Virus record (IMG/VR): IMGVR_UViG_3300009103_002187
Location: 1-64,000 of that record
Direction: 5' to 3' (one strand)
Source: a virus
DNA length: 64,000 nt
The notes beneath the pieces were generated by a model that worked only from the letters and a program-made list of their open reading frames with translations, had not been told where the DNA came from and ran no database searches. The position numbers were made by a program, and so were the translations under genes. Shown piece after piece: positions 51,488 to 60,757 of this stretch. Within the stretch, counting starts at the first letter, position 1. Each line of letters starts with the position of its first letter.

Positions 51488-54342
51488 CCATCCGGGGCTT
51501 CGGCCTCCTTGTCTTCCTCTTTCTTCTTCACATCAACTGCGCCTAGCGCGTCAAGACGATCATCCAGTCGATTAAGCCACTTATCAACAATTCTTGACAT
51601 GACCGGGCCCAGTTCTTCTGCATTAAAGCCTCTTGATGTAGCTTTTTTGAACACAGATATCACATCGTTTCTGAGTAGACTATTGTAATCCACTTCGTAG
51701 CCCTCCAGCTCCATCTCCCTGCCGCGGCCGAGGATACCTGCAACGTGTGCGCGTGTCTCAGCGTCAGACGTGTAATAACGCTCAATGTGATCGAGGCTTA
51801 GCCACTTATCTTCGCCCTCAGGAATATCTGCAGTCAACATCTCTGTTGTGTCACAGCTATGTTGAAGCTCATGTGATAGTGCATCGGCTAAATCAAATCT
51901 AAGCCACTTCTCAAACTCTTTATATCCTGCAGGGTCAGAATACATTCGTGGTATATTCATGTCTATGACTAAATCAGATTCTGATCGATTAGAAGGAACG
52001 CATCTGTAATACGCTTTAACTTGTCCAGAGTCTTTGTTGTTGACTGAAATTATCATTCTCACCTTATTAATATTCTCATAGTCGCCAAAAATCTTTCCCT
52101 CGCTATCTAAAATGGACGGCCATTCTTCGTCAGGATTCATAGATTTCACTTCTTCTTTGACTCTGTCGCTTCTTAACGCGCCTAAGATTATCGAAAGAAG
52201 GATGTCAACATACTGAGTCATATCAGGCTCTTCTTCAACAGACTCAAGTAAAATATCAATCAATTGAATTCTAGACTCTCCTATTAGCTGAGCATATGCT
52301 TCACTCTCAGCATCCTCTAAAGCAGCTCCTAAAGATGGTCCCTTAATTCCCTGAGACATTAATTCTCTAGCATCTGCAGCTGGAGGTGAGACCACAAACG
52401 TTAAAAATCCTGACAAGATGTTTGGTGATATGTTGGCTTCTCTTGTAAACTCCTTCATAAAGGATCGACTCAAATCCAGGCGATTAAATAACTTCTTTAG
52501 TTTTGGTGCAGTTTCTTTCGTAATATCCTTAAAACTCATTAAGAACATTATCGATCCGATATCTTGATTAGTATAACGCATCTTTTTCAAAGAAGACTGA
52601 ACTGTGGGTAAATCACTTGTAGAAGAAGCCAATAAAGCGATCTGTATGCTAGAATCACTTGAATCCCCTACTTTTGTGATATCTAAAGGTATCGCAGGCA
52701 AGACTTGAGATAATAATCCTAGATCATTCAAGCCAACGATATACTCTTTTGGATTTATCGCGGTCTTTAGTCCTTTCTTAAACTCTTCTGTAATTCGCTC
52801 GTTGCCCTTAATAGCACCCTCACCCTGGAGAAGCCCATCATCATCTTTAATCGCTTGAGAAACATCACTTGAAAGATCAAATCCCATTCTTGCAGCAAAT
52901 CGAACTGCTCTAAGCATCCTCAGCTTATCTTCAGCAAATCGATCTTGAGCGCTGCCTCCTGCTGCACGAACTACGCCATTCCTGATATCTTCCAAGCCTC
53001 CTACATAATCTACCACCTCGCTTGTATCTAAATCATAAAAGAGGGCGTTGATAGTTAAATCTCTTCGGAGAACATCTTTGTCAATAGTTGTAAACGACAC
53101 ACCTGTCGGGCGCCTGCCAGATCCCAGATCCTCCCGAAATGTCGCAATCTCATACTCATTATCTCCCGGCGTCTTTACTCTCACAACTCCGAATGCCTTG
53201 CCCGTTAGATCCAATCTTAGGCGTCCATGCCTACTAAGAATATCTATTGTCTGATCTGGGGTGGCATCTGATACTAGGTCATAATCTTTGGGTGTTTTTC
53301 CTACCAGTGTATCCCGAACAGCGCCACCAACCACATATAGCTGTTTCCCAGAACCCTTCATACGTTTGTGAATATCTCGCAAGTCGTCAGGAATCTTCAG
53401 ATCAAGCTTCTGTCTAATTGGGTTATGGGTCAATTCTTCACGAATTGCTGCCCTTATCGAAGACTCATTCATGTGTTTTTTCAATAGTGCTAAAAGCTCT
53501 TTATCTTTTCTATCCAGCGCAGGTGATATCCCAGGAACTACAATTCCCCTAATATCTCTGGGACCTCTTTCAACTCTCTGTGGTTCAGGCTCAGTCTTTG
53601 CCATAATAGCTGCAACAGCCTTTCGTCGTTCCTCGGGTTTAAGAAGCTTGATCACATCCTCTGGGTGATTTGTGGCCCGCAAACCACTCAAATTAAATCT
53701 TTCTTGTTGTGCTTTCCACGCTGCCATTTCTTCATCATTCAGCCAGCTGGGCGATCGGGGCGTTCCTCTTCTATTAACTGTAGCTGCAGTGTCACTATAA
53801 CTGCTCTCATACTCTTCGAATACTTCATCTACATCTTTGCTCTTGCCAAGAAATTCTATCTCATTGCCAGCCTCATTCCATATTTCTTCAGATATCAGGA
53901 TCTCAGAACCATGATCGTAGCGATGGACGCCCCCCGCTTTTTTAATTACCCACTCTGGAACTTTAAGCGCGTAAACGTGCCCAATTCTTCCGTGGAATGA
54001 TGAAATGGCACGCCAATTGGGCGTCAAAAACACACCAGATTCAATTGGTTTGTCCAGCCAGTACCGTTGCCATGAATCATCAGCTCCAGTCCGGACATAC
54101 TCTCCCGTTCTCTCACCGGTATGTCTATCCACAGCCTGCGCATCCCACTCTTCAATCCACTTCATTTTAGGAACAGGTCTCGGTGGTCGTGGGCCGATGT
54201 GATAAAGAACTCGCTTGTTTTTCTGGCTGCGAATTGCCTTCTCAGTCAATTGAAGATCCGCTAGAACATCAAGAATATCATTAGAAACAGGCTCTCTCTT
54301 TTTCTGCAAACTTGTAAATATTTGACGATTCTCTGGTTTCAT
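51484..54342 (-). CDS. Polyprotein: ADP-ribosyltransferase-like domain + CCA-adding/poly(A) polymerase + HExxH domain
   Basis: LYHIG..GVFLT..HVYAL..SEI; VGGAVRD..KDYD..EIATFR..RRDLTINAL..EDKLRMLRAVRF; LSHELQH..ETRAH. Confidence 0.8.
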   Translation of the reverse strand: MKPENRQIFTSLQKKREPVSNDILDVLADLQLTEKAIRSQKNKRVLYHIGPRPPRPVPKMKWIEEWDAQAVDRHTGERTGEYVRTGADDSWQRYWLDKPIESGVFLTPNWRAISSFHGRIGHVYALKVPEWVIKKAGGVHRYDHGSEILISEEIWNEAGNEIEFLGKSKDVDEVFEEYESSYSDTAATVNRRGTPRSPSWLNDEEMAAWKAQQERFNLSGLRATNHPEDVIKLLKPEERRKAVAAIMAKTEPEPQRVERGPRDIRGIVVPGISPALDRKDKELLALLKKHMNESSIRAAIREELTHNPIRQKLDLKIPDDLRDIHKRMKGSGKQLYVVGGAVRDTLVGKTPKDYDLVSDATPDQTIDILSRHGRLRLDLTGKAFGVVRVKTPGDNEYEIATFREDLGSGRRPTGVSFTTIDKDVLRRDLTINALFYDLDTSEVVDYVGGLEDIRNGVVRAAGGSAQDRFAEDKLRMLRAVRFAARMGFDLSSDVSQAIKDDDGLLQGEGAIKGNERITEEFKKGLKTAINPKEYIVGLNDLGLLSQVLPAIPLDITKVGDSSDSSIQIALLASSTSDLPTVQSSLKKMRYTNQDIGSIMFLMSFKDITKETAPKLKKLFNRLDLSRSFMKEFTREANISPNILSGFLTFVVSPPAADARELMSQGIKGPSLGAALEDAESEAYAQLIGESRIQLIDILLESVEEEPDMTQYVDILLSIILGALRSDRVKEEVKSMNPDEEWPSILDSEGKIFGDYENINKVRMIISVNNKDSGQVKAYYRCVPSNRSESDLVIDMNIPRMYSDPAGYKEFEKWLRFDLADALSHELQHSCDTTEMLTADIPEGEDKWLSLDHIERYYTSDAETRAHVAGILGRGREMELEGYEVDYNSLLRNDVISVFKKATSRGFNAEELGPVMSRIVDKWLNRLDDRLDALGAVDVKKKEEDKEAEAPDG

Positions 54343-54950
54343 AAACCCGTCTCCGTCTTAAGATCCCAAGGGCCCCAGTGCTTATATTCTAATATCTTCT
54401 GACGAGCTTCTTCCCAAGAGTAACGATGTATATTACCCCCTTTAACAGTGGCGGCATTAGAAGAACTAAATCCTGGTTGCCCCCACTTCGACATGTCAAC
54501 TTCAATTTCTCCAATTCTTCCAAGCTGATAATATAAAAATTTGGGTATCTCAATGTCTCGACCATTTGATTTATCAATAACAAGATCGCCCTTTTCGACC
54601 CAGGCATGTCCATACTTGATTCCCTCTAAGCGGCCCTGCCCAGTCACCTCTCCATGCACAAGAATTAAATCACAGTGATCTGAGGTTAGCATACACAGAT
54701 CCATTATGTATTTTCCAGCTGACTCATAACAATCACCGTTATCGGTATTTCTCGCCTCGTTGATCTTTTGTTCAACCATTAAGCCCATATCTTTTAGCCA
54801 CTTAACAATCTGATCATTGACAGAAGGCTCATACTCCCCTTCAGGCCAGCCTCCATGAGATGAGGGCTTGTCTAGGTGAAGATCTTTCTTCGTCCCTTTT
54901 TTATATGCATCATTGATAAGATCTCGAAGATCGTTTCGCTTAATCTTCAT
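54339..54950 (-). CDS. Papain/transglutaminase-like Cys-His-Asp protein with an N-terminal cargo motif
   Basis: GDCY, LVHG, GHAWVE, VID; MKIKRNDLRDLIND. Confidence 0.6.
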   Translation of the reverse strand: MKIKRNDLRDLINDAYKKGTKKDLHLDKPSSHGGWPEGEYEPSVNDQIVKWLKDMGLMVEQKINEARNTDNGDCYESAGKYIMDLCMLTSDHCDLILVHGEVTGQGRLEGIKYGHAWVEKGDLVIDKSNGRDIEIPKFLYYQLGRIGEIEVDMSKWGQPGFSSSNAATVKGGNIHRYSWEEARQKILEYKHWGPWDLKTETGL

Positions 54951-55003
54951 TTTTAACCTTCTAGTTATTCACATATAATTATTTTTCTAAACAGTTTATT
55001 ACG

Positions 55004-55990
55004 TCAATAAAAATCTATGAGATCTATTCCTTCTGACTTTGCTTTCTCAAGATGCATCAGAGGATTATATTCGGCAGCCCCAGATAACTCTGAAATGCTT
55101 TCCCAAGATCTCTTTAAACCGTTATACAAACCATGTCTCGGAGTCCATCCTGAAGCATCTCTAAACTTTTGAGAACTTAAAATATGATTACCCAGATAGT
55201 CAGTCTCAGGATGCCATTGTATAATTGAACCAATATCATATCCTGAAATTTCAGACATCATGTCAACAATTTCTCCAGTTACACACGGTGTCTCTGCCGC
55301 AACATTAAAATCATCATTCCACAATCCCAAGTGACAAGCAGTCGCAACTGCATCACAAAAATCAAAAACATGCATATAGTCCTTTTGCTTTTTTGGATCT
55401 AAAAACATGGCAAGATCTTTCACACCGTTTTTTACTGCAAAAAATGACTTTGCCATTAGCGAGTTCATATCACCTACACCCCCGTAAGCAAACAAGGGTC
55501 TGATGATCATCCATTTATCACAGTGAGATTTGACAATATGTTCTCCTGAAAGTTTAAGCGCACCATAAAATGTTTTTGGTTGAAGAATGCTATCTTCAAA
55601 GATTGTAGAACTTTGATATAAATCAGTTTTGTAAATTACGGTTGTACCCATATAACAAACCGGTATCTTCATCTCATTTGCTGCTCGGCAGATATTATAA
55701 GTTCCCGCGACATTTGTTAGTGTTGCATGATTTGAGTTTAATGCCACAACATCAGTTCCTACAACGGCAGCATTATGAACAACCACATCAATGTTCAATC
55801 TAGAAAGAGCATCCTTCCATACCTCAGTATCATTTCGATAAACACAGGGCTCTAATGTTCCAACAATCTTTTCAGTTAGACCATGATCATCTCGATTACA
55901 TAGGGATACAACGTCATGACCCAAAGTTTTAAAGGACTGAAATAGATTGCTAGCGATAAAACCTTTCTCACCCGTCACTAATACTCTCAC
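55004..55990 (-). CDS. NAD-dependent epimerase/dehydratase (atypical Rossmann motif GEKGFIA)
   Basis: VTGEKGFIAS, HNAA, YGALK, IRP..YG, DYMHVFD. Confidence 0.85.
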   Translation of the reverse strand: MRVLVTGEKGFIASNLFQSFKTLGHDVVSLCNRDDHGLTEKIVGTLEPCVYRNDTEVWKDALSRLNIDVVVHNAAVVGTDVVALNSNHATLTNVAGTYNICRAANEMKIPVCYMGTTVIYKTDLYQSSTIFEDSILQPKTFYGALKLSGEHIVKSHCDKWMIIRPLFAYGGVGDMNSLMAKSFFAVKNGVKDLAMFLDPKKQKDYMHVFDFCDAVATACHLGLWNDDFNVAAETPCVTGEIVDMMSEISGYDIGSIIQWHPETDYLGNHILSSQKFRDASGWTPRHGLYNGLKRSWESISELSGAAEYNPLMHLEKAKSEGIDLIDFY

Positions 55991-56048
55991 ATTAACTCCT
56001 ATAATTTAATACTATTATAGGCTGTCAATCTTTAGATTTATAGGGTTT

Positions 56049-56594
56049 TTATCCGCAGCCACCGTCATCTTGAGGAAGTAATTGTGGCAACTCTCCACCC
56101 ACTGGTGTGATGCCAACCGGCTCAGGCATCATTGTCATATCAGATCCTGCACCAGACAGCTCGGTCAAAAGAATACCAATCCAATCTAAAATATCAGATT
56201 CAGATGCACCTGATGATCGGATCATCTCAGCGGTCATTACAGGGCAAGGCATCGCCTTGCTATGCTCATGTCCCATCTCAGAAGATGAATCTGCAACACC
56301 TCCATCCATTCCTTCAGGACACTCAAGCTGCATAATTTCAGCAATACTTCCTGCCTTTATCCAGTTCTGTTTTCTTTCGAGATTTTCTCCGCTTCCCCAC
56401 TTAGAAGTCTTCGACTTTATCTTTTTACTGTTCATCTTGTCCCAATCGACATCATTATGAACATTTTGTCCACCTGCCCAAGCATCTTCCTGACGTTCAA
56501 CTGAGGAAGGATGCTCATGAGCAAATGGATCATCAGTTGTCTTCTTTGCTTCTTCAATGATCAAGTTTCTAAGATAAGATCGTGTTAGCTTCAT
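56049..56594 (-). CDS. Putative virion-internal protein
   Basis: MKLTRSYLRNLIIEEA; repeated W.GG/SGEN. Confidence 0.55.
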   Translation of the reverse strand: MKLTRSYLRNLIIEEAKKTTDDPFAHEHPSSVERQEDAWAGGQNVHNDVDWDKMNSKKIKSKTSKWGSGENLERKQNWIKAGSIAEIMQLECPEGMDGGVADSSSEMGHEHSKAMPCPVMTAEMIRSSGASESDILDWIGILLTELSGAGSDMTMMPEPVGITPVGGELPQLLPQDDGGCG

Positions 56595-56645
56595 TTTATC
56601 AACCCTGTAGATTACCTTAATATATATGCCCTATTATTAAGAAAT

Positions 56646-56834
56646 TTATAACTTAGGATTTGCTTCAATCATTACTCTTTTCGATTTTATATCGACAATT
56701 CGTATTAAATCTGACATGCATGTGGGCCCTACACAAATTATCATATCAGCTTTTTTGGCAGAAGAATAAAACATTCCTCCGCAGTCTCTACACTCACACA
56801 CATAGGTTCTCTCAACAGTCGTCTTAATTTTCAT
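56646..56834 (-). CDS. Small zinc-ribbon protein
   Basis: CRDC...CVGPTC; AGGAG SD. Confidence 0.5.
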   Translation of the reverse strand: MKIKTTVERTYVCECRDCGGMFYSSAKKADMIICVGPTCMSDLIRIVDIKSKRVMIEANPKL

Positions 56835-56846
56835 TGTTTCGCTCCT

Positions 56847-56873
56847 AAAAAAAACCTCGGGGGTTACCCGAGG
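56847..56873 (-). terminator. Intrinsic terminator after glutamine synthetase
   Basis: CCTCGGG-loop-CCCGAGG followed by T8 on the minus strand. Confidence 0.85.
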
Positions 56874-56899
56874 CTTTACATATTCTAGATTAGATATTT

Positions 56900-57964
56900 T
56901 TACTTGTAATTAAGACAGATAGTTTCTAACAACAGCCTTGTAACCACATAAGGGTCACAATTTGCATTAGGGCGACGATCTTCTAAATAGCCGCTTTCCT
57001 TATTTGCAACTGCCCTTGGAATTCGAATAGACGCAGTCCTATCTGCAATGCCCCAACGAAAATCCTCATAAGAACAAGTCTCATGTTCACCTGTTAGCCT
57101 CAGTTCAATGCCTTCACCATAACCCGAAAGATGAGCTTCAGTTCTACCTTGAAGCTTCTTACATGCCTGTTCAATATGACTTAAGCCTCCGGGTTGTCTC
57201 ATTCTATTTGTGCTAAAGTTAGTATGACATCCAGCACCATTCCAATCTCCCATCATCGGTTTTGGTTCAAAAGTCACAGTCATTCCAGACTTTTCAGAAA
57301 TCTTCAAGAGAAGCCAGCGAGAAAGCCAGATTTGATCACTCACATCAACAGCACCGACATTGGGACCACCAATCTGATATTCCCATTGTCCTGGCATCAC
57401 TTCTGCATTTGTTCCAGTGATGTCAAGGCCTGCATGAATACACACATACAGATGATTATCTGAGACCTCTCTTCCAAATGCTCGATCACCTCCTGCGCTA
57501 CAATAATAAATTCCCTGTGGTGACGGATAACCCGTTGGAGGAAAACCTAAAGGGCGTTTATCTTTGCAAATTGTATACTCTTGTTCTAAACCAAACCACG
57601 GATCACTATCACTAGTGTCTGCTGCCACTTGACTCAAAAGTCTTCGATAGTTTGTTTTGTGGGGAGACCCATCTCCATTTAAGACCTCACACAAAACAAT
57701 AAAAGCGGTATTATCACCACGAACTGCGTCAGGAATTACCTTTACTGGTGACAGTAAACAATCTGAATCTCCTCCTGACGCCTGACCTGTTGATGATCCA
57801 TCGAAGCCCCATTCAGGTAGACATGTATGATCCATGGTCTCTCTAAGGTATTTAAAATCTCCCAGAGGAAGTGTATGAACACCAATCTTAGATCTTAGTC
57901 CCCAGGGAGTAAATCCGTCTATCCAGACATACTCAAGCTTTACTTTGACTAAATTACTATTCAT
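56900..57964 (-). CDS. glnII: Glutamine synthetase type II
   Basis: EYVWIDG, FDGSSTGQA, EQEY, EVMPGQWEYQIG, DWNGAGCH, RLTGEHET, GYLEDRRP. Confidence 0.95.
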   Translation of the reverse strand: MNSNLVKVKLEYVWIDGFTPWGLRSKIGVHTLPLGDFKYLRETMDHTCLPEWGFDGSSTGQASGGDSDCLLSPVKVIPDAVRGDNTAFIVLCEVLNGDGSPHKTNYRRLLSQVAADTSDSDPWFGLEQEYTICKDKRPLGFPPTGYPSPQGIYYCSAGGDRAFGREVSDNHLYVCIHAGLDITGTNAEVMPGQWEYQIGGPNVGAVDVSDQIWLSRWLLLKISEKSGMTVTFEPKPMMGDWNGAGCHTNFSTNRMRQPGGLSHIEQACKKLQGRTEAHLSGYGEGIELRLTGEHETCSYEDFRWGIADRTASIRIPRAVANKESGYLEDRRPNANCDPYVVTRLLLETICLNYK

Positions 57965-58404
57965 TACTCTATGCTTCCATAGTAAGGCTCATAAAGCAAC
58001 TCACCAACTTCAGCACAGCGCTCGAGATAATCATCAAGATCTTCGATAGAAGTACACACCTTAATTCCAGACTGTGCTAACATTAGATTGAATGTTGCGC
58101 CCGAAGGCAATCCTGAACAAAAATAGACAATCGGAGTATCTGATTGAAATGCTACACCTGCTTCAAAAATACTTCCCATATCTTTGTCGCGTGTATTACA
58201 AATCACAAAATCGTTTCCAAGAATATGTTTTACGTTCCCTTCAAACGTTGCTTTTTGTGTCTTTAAGTCTGCCGTAGGAGGACAGACAAAAAAATCCTTT
58301 GGAGAAAAATACTCAAACTGATGTTTTGTCAGCATCTCCTTGATCATTTCAACTTCTTCAAAAGCTGGTGGTGTGAACCAAGAACTTGCGATATATGCTT
58401 TCAT
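57964..58404 (-). CDS. Nucleoside 2-deoxyribosyltransferase / nucleotide N-glycosidase family
   Basis: YIASSWF, FSP, D.GSIFEAG.A, FNLML. Confidence 0.85.
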   Translation of the reverse strand: MKAYIASSWFTPPAFEEVEMIKEMLTKHQFEYFSPKDFFVCPPTADLKTQKATFEGNVKHILGNDFVICNTRDKDMGSIFEAGVAFQSDTPIVYFCSGLPSGATFNLMLAQSGIKVCTSIEDLDDYLERCAEVGELLYEPYYGSIE

Positions 58405-58416
58405 TTTTATTTCCTT

Positions 58417-59397
58417 TTAATTAAAGCGATTTTGATACTCTTCTTCAAGCAAGCTAATCTCACTTATAATAGAGTTCCAGAGTTGTCTAAACTTAGTGTT
58501 ACCATCACACTCATCATCGGGTGGGCTTGTCCCGTTTAGATCATAACGGTATCCTTGATAGATAGTGTCATTAGGGTGATACTCAATGTGCTCAGCGCTA
58601 TCGTCATCAGGCCAGTAAAGATTTGTTCCAGTTCCTGACCTGAGATTCTTAATATAATGCCACGCTGGACTTGTCAATGTTTTTGATCCAATGACAGCGC
58701 TAGCTTCGGGAAGAACCTTAATGATTTCAAGGGCCATTTTTGCTGCAATTAAATTATCAACAGCAGGCTGAATCTGCTTATCTGACCGTTGTTTAATAAA
58801 CCCGATAATATCTTTTAGATTAAATCGACCATAGTAAAATGTGGACAGACATTTTGGAAGAATGGTTCTTGCGTCCATCATAGAAATCTTCTTGGAATCA
58901 ACCATGTCAGCGTAAAGCTGCTTTCCATCTTCTACATGTCGCTGCCATCGTCGATAAAGCTCTGGGCTATTTTCCACTGAGCTGGGAACAAGACAAGGTT
59001 CATGGTGAAGAAAACGATCTCCCGTACACTGCGCTGCCCATGATCCCGCACGATGTCGAATCAAGTGGGTCACAGTTTGAAGATCAATTCCTGCAAACTT
59101 AAAGGTGAAGCTAAAAATCTCCATCGGAGTTGGCAAAGCACGAAAACAAAGAACATCTTCAAGATTTTCGCTTAACTCAATAGCTGAAGCACCGTCAGGG
59201 TTAGTAAAATCAGGAGTATCAGCCCATGTTGCCTTCACAAACCTCCAAGCAACATCTCGCATCTGTTCAGCTGTGGGATGATCTACAAGTTCAACTTGTA
59301 AAGCATTTAAATCATTTAAAAATTCCGTAGTTGGTTCCTCATCAAAACGAAGGGTCATGGGAAGAACGACAGGATCAAGATCAGTATTTTGTGCCAA
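58417..59397 (-). CDS. thyX: ThyX-like flavin-dependent thymidylate synthase variant
   Basis: THLIRHRAGSWAAQC, DARTILP, R; TTG start. Confidence 0.75.
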   Translation of the reverse strand: MAQNTDLDPVVLPMTLRFDEEPTTEFLNDLNALQVELVDHPTAEQMRDVAWRFVKATWADTPDFTNPDGASAIELSENLEDVLCFRALPTPMEIFSFTFKFAGIDLQTVTHLIRHRAGSWAAQCTGDRFLHHEPCLVPSSVENSPELYRRWQRHVEDGKQLYADMVDSKKISMMDARTILPKCLSTFYYGRFNLKDIIGFIKQRSDKQIQPAVDNLIAAKMALEIIKVLPEASAVIGSKTLTSPAWHYIKNLRSGTGTNLYWPDDDSAEHIEYHPNDTIYQGYRYDLNGTSPPDDECDGNTKFRQLWNSIISEISLLEEEYQNRFN

Positions 59398-59398
59398 T

Positions 59399-60367
59399 TT
59401 ATTTCTCCTTATTGATCAAATTATGCACTAAACTATAAACTTCAGAAACGTCTTTGTACACAGACACTCCAGAAATATTTGATAATTCTTTATTATAACT
59501 TTTAGCAGGTGAAAGGACTTCGATACCATGCTTAGCGTACTCTGAAGAATGCTTGGCAGAGTCATCAATTGCGCACACAACCTTGTCAGCATCATAAAAA
59601 TCCTTTTGAACTAGCCACCTAAATTTTTCAGGAGAAAAATCAAGATGATGAAACCTTACGCCTGCATTGGAAATCCAATAGAATGTGTCATATAAACAAG
59701 TTAAGTTTTCCTTTGGTCTCGCTGTGATTATCTGAATCCAAAAACCCTCATTGTAAAATGTGTTAATCAAGTCAATCATCTCCTGATTCTTGCTAATCTT
59801 GCGCAAACCTCTATCTGAAATAAACTCTTGAAAAACGCCCTCTGGCAAAAATCCAGCTTCTTTTACCTCTTTTGTGCTATAATACTCTGTTGATTCGGGA
59901 TCAACACTAATTCCCTTTTTATCGCGCAACCAATCAGTAAAATCTTCTCTAAAATTATTAAGAACATCGTCCATGTCAACTAAAAGAACAGGCTTATTAT
60001 TCCAGACATTCTTTTCCATCTCATGACGAACATGAAGATAAAGATCTTTATCCCAAAATGCCCTAATAAAGTCTTCAGTGCTAAAGTCCCACATATTGAG
60101 AATCGCCAACAAATAACGAAAAGCATCAATTGACTTATATAAGATCTTATCAGTGTCAATATCATGCTTAATAAGTCGATGATCTTTAAAATTAACAGAA
60201 GTTGCAAGTCCTGTGGCTTCAGCGTGCAAAGCCAGAGAAAATGATTTAGTCATCTCTTCCTTTTGTCTATCAGACATCTTATCTTTGTCAAAGAATAAAG
60301 ATGAAAATTCATCCTGTCTCTCCAACATTGTCTTTAGCAAAAGGATATCTTTTTCTTTATTACTCAA
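59399..60367 (-). CDS. Fusion of a degenerate MazG/dUTPase-like domain and a HAD 5'(3')-nucleotidase
   Basis: N-terminus parallels the upstream gene; LVDMDDVL, ITARP, K, IDD. Confidence 0.7.
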   Translation of the reverse strand: MSNKEKDILLLKTMLERQDEFSSLFFDKDKMSDRQKEEMTKSFSLALHAEATGLATSVNFKDHRLIKHDIDTDKILYKSIDAFRYLLAILNMWDFSTEDFIRAFWDKDLYLHVRHEMEKNVWNNKPVLLVDMDDVLNNFREDFTDWLRDKKGISVDPESTEYYSTKEVKEAGFLPEGVFQEFISDRGLRKISKNQEMIDLINTFYNEGFWIQIITARPKENLTCLYDTFYWISNAGVRFHHLDFSPEKFRWLVQKDFYDADKVVCAIDDSAKHSSEYAKHGIEVLSPAKSYNKELSNISGVSVYKDVSEVYSLVHNLINKEK

Positions 60368-60382
60368 AAGAACATCCTCTAA

Positions 60383-60757
60383 TTAGTATCCCTCTAGAAG
60401 TCGCTGATGTATAATTTTATCTTTCTTTTCATACGCTTCAAAAAGATCTTCAGCAGTAACTCCTGTCAAAATTAATAGTGAAAAAAAGTAATTGAAAGCA
60501 TCTACGACTTCCTCAAGAAACTCGTCTTGATTAAACTCCTTGATCTCAGTCACCCTATGAGGCTTCCAGTTTTTAAGATGACCAAGTGCCTCAAACATTT
60601 CCTCAACCCCCCGTAATGCGATATCTCGAACAAACTGTTGGTTCTTCTTAGACGTCAGATCTAATGGCCAAGAAGGATGAGATTCGGGAACCCTAGCTTT
60701 TAGCTTTTGCATAAATCTTTCTCTCATCTCAAACATTTCTGAAAGCTGATCACTCAT
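60383..60757 (-). CDS. Dimeric dUTPase / dCTPase-like (all-alpha NTP pyrophosphatase)
   Basis: EEMFEA...WKPH...EEVVDAFNYF...Y.KK...HQR..EGY. Confidence 0.8.
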   Translation of the reverse strand: MSDQLSEMFEMRERFMQKLKARVPESHPSWPLDLTSKKNQQFVRDIALRGVEEMFEALGHLKNWKPHRVTEIKEFNQDEFLEEVVDAFNYFFSLLILTGVTAEDLFEAYEKKDKIIHQRLLEGY

